Source: Candidatus Deferrimicrobiaceae bacterium
GTDB taxonomy: Bacteria; Desulfobacterota; Deferrimicrobia; Deferrimicrobiales; Deferrimicrobiaceae
Direction: 5' to 3'
NCBI GenBank assembly: GCA_963792415.1
Contig: CAWBVY010000006.1
Span: 608,001-672,000 of the forward strand
Length of the DNA: 64,000 nt
Shown piece after piece: positions 62,769-64,000 of the stretch. The notes beneath the pieces are model-generated. The model made no database searches and was not told the origin of the DNA. It saw only the letters and a list, made by a program, of their open reading frames with translations. Made by a program: the position numbers and the translations under genes. How positions within the stretch are numbered: position 1 is the stretch's first letter; every line of letters begins with the position of its first letter.

Positions 62769-63752
62769 TCAGTTCCAATGCTCCCGGGGATCCTTCCCCT
62801 CGAATCCGGCAATGCGGTCGACGAGCCGGAGGAACTCCTCCGGCCTTTCCGACGGGACGACGACCTGGAGAACGACGTACTGGTCTCCCCGTTCGGCCGT
62901 GCCGGGGGTCGGGACACCGCGTCCCTTGAGCCGCAGCTTCCTTCCGCTGGAGGAGCCGGGGGGGATCGTCACGGTGACCGGCCCGTCGATGGTCGGCACC
63001 TCGATCTTTCCCCCCTTGACCGCTTCCGAGAAGCGGATCGGGGCATCGAGGAGGATGTCGTTCCCCTCCCGGCGGAAGTACGGGTGCGCCAGCATCCGCA
63101 ACTCGACCTGCAGGTCGCCGCTTTCCGCCGGAGCCGCCCGCTCCTCCCCCTTTGAAGGGACGCGGATCGTGGCGCCGTCCCTCGCCCCTGCCGGGATGCG
63201 GATCTTGACGCGCTCCTCGGATTCCGTCACCCCGCGCCCGTAGCATGCCGGGCATCCCCGGCGCCCGGCGCGGCCGGTTCCCCCGCACTGCCCGCAGACG
63301 CGGGGGCGGGGATACCGGATCTCGCGGACCGCCCCCCGGACCATGTCGAGGAAGTCGACGGACAACTCGACCCGGATGTCGTTCCCCCGTCCGGGATGCG
63401 AGAAACGCCCGCCGCCGCCGCGAAGCACGTCCCCGAACAGATCCCCGAGGTCGAACGACTCCGCCCGGAACCCCCCCGGGGGGGGACCCGCGCCGCCGAA
63501 CGGCCCGGCACCGTGGAAACCTCCCGCGAACCCTCCCCGGCGGATGGCGTCGTACTCCCCCCGCTTCTTCCGGTCGCTCAGGACCTCGTGGGCCTCGTTC
63601 GCCTCCTTGAAGCGCGTCTCCGCCGCCTTGTCGCCGGGATTGACGTCCGGATGGTGCTTCTTCGCGAGCCGGCGGAACGCTTTACGGATCTCCTCCGCCG
63701 AGGCGCCTTCCGGGACCCCCAGGATCTTGTAATAGTCCTTCTTCGGGTCCAT
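62769..63752 (-). CDS. DnaJ-class chaperone with a reduced zinc finger
   Basis: J-domain HPD, G/F region, only two CxxCxGxG repeats. Confidence 0.9.
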   Translation of the reverse strand: MDPKKDYYKILGVPEGASAEEIRKAFRRLAKKHHPDVNPGDKAAETRFKEANEAHEVLSDRKKRGEYDAIRRGGFAGGFHGAGPFGGAGPPPGGFRAESFDLGDLFGDVLRGGGGRFSHPGRGNDIRVELSVDFLDMVRGAVREIRYPRPRVCGQCGGTGRAGRRGCPACYGRGVTESEERVKIRIPAGARDGATIRVPSKGEERAAPAESGDLQVELRMLAHPYFRREGNDILLDAPIRFSEAVKGGKIEVPTIDGPVTVTIPPGSSSGRKLRLKGRGVPTPGTAERGDQYVVLQVVVPSERPEEFLRLVDRIAGFEGKDPREHWN

Positions 63753-63822
63753 CAGGCTCTCCAGACGCCGCGGCCGGGCCCCCCGGGGCGAATCCCCGGG
63801 AGAACCCGGCCGACGCGCGCCG

Positions 63823-64000
63823 TCACTTCACGGCAACGGTGATCTGCTTCGGCTTCGCCTGCTCCCGCTTCCCGAGGCGCACCTCGAGGATCCCGTCCTT
63901 CATCTCCGCCTTGACCTTTTCCGCGTCCACGGTTCCCGGGAGGGCGAAGGACCGGTGGAAGGCGCCGTAGGTGCGCTCCACCCGGTGGTAGTTCTCCTCC
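63823..64000 (-). CDS. Hsp20/alpha-crystallin small heat shock protein, C-terminal part
   Basis: [39 protein letters not shown]...[10 protein letters not shown]. Confidence 0.9.
   Translation of the reverse strand, partial: EENYHRVERTYGAFHRSFALPGTVDAEKVKAEMKDGILEVRLGKREQAKPKQITVAVK

Overview
This is a high-GC bacterial chromosomal segment, mostly housekeeping. The gene order (ispE-spoVG-tRNA-Gln-prs-rplY-pth-rpsF-ssb-rpsR-rplI-dnaB; mreBCD-mrdA-rodA; dusB-ntrB-ntrC) suggests a deltaproteobacterial-type organism, and a Deferrimicrobium/MBNT15-like lineage is my inference only. It holds three tRNAs (Sec, Val, Gln), a small lower-GC islet after tRNA-Val with a 72-bp direct repeat flanking a cassette-like gene, and a terC gene with a structured leader and uORF. 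Further along are an Fe-S cluster locus, an AcuB/AcuC/GNAT-like plus FadD region, a heptose-related locus, a frameshifted H+-pyrophosphatase and a large proteostasis operon (hsp20-dnaJ-htpX-clpA-like-DUF1844-degP-clpB). The most striking observation is the Fe-S operon. Its IscS/NifS homolog has the PLP-binding Lys replaced by Asn ([10 protein letters not shown]) but keeps the catalytic Cys. The iscS-iscU pair is bracketed by two half-ferritin mini-proteins and runs on into cysS and a methyltransferase. All calls come from reading motifs by eye; no database searches were run.
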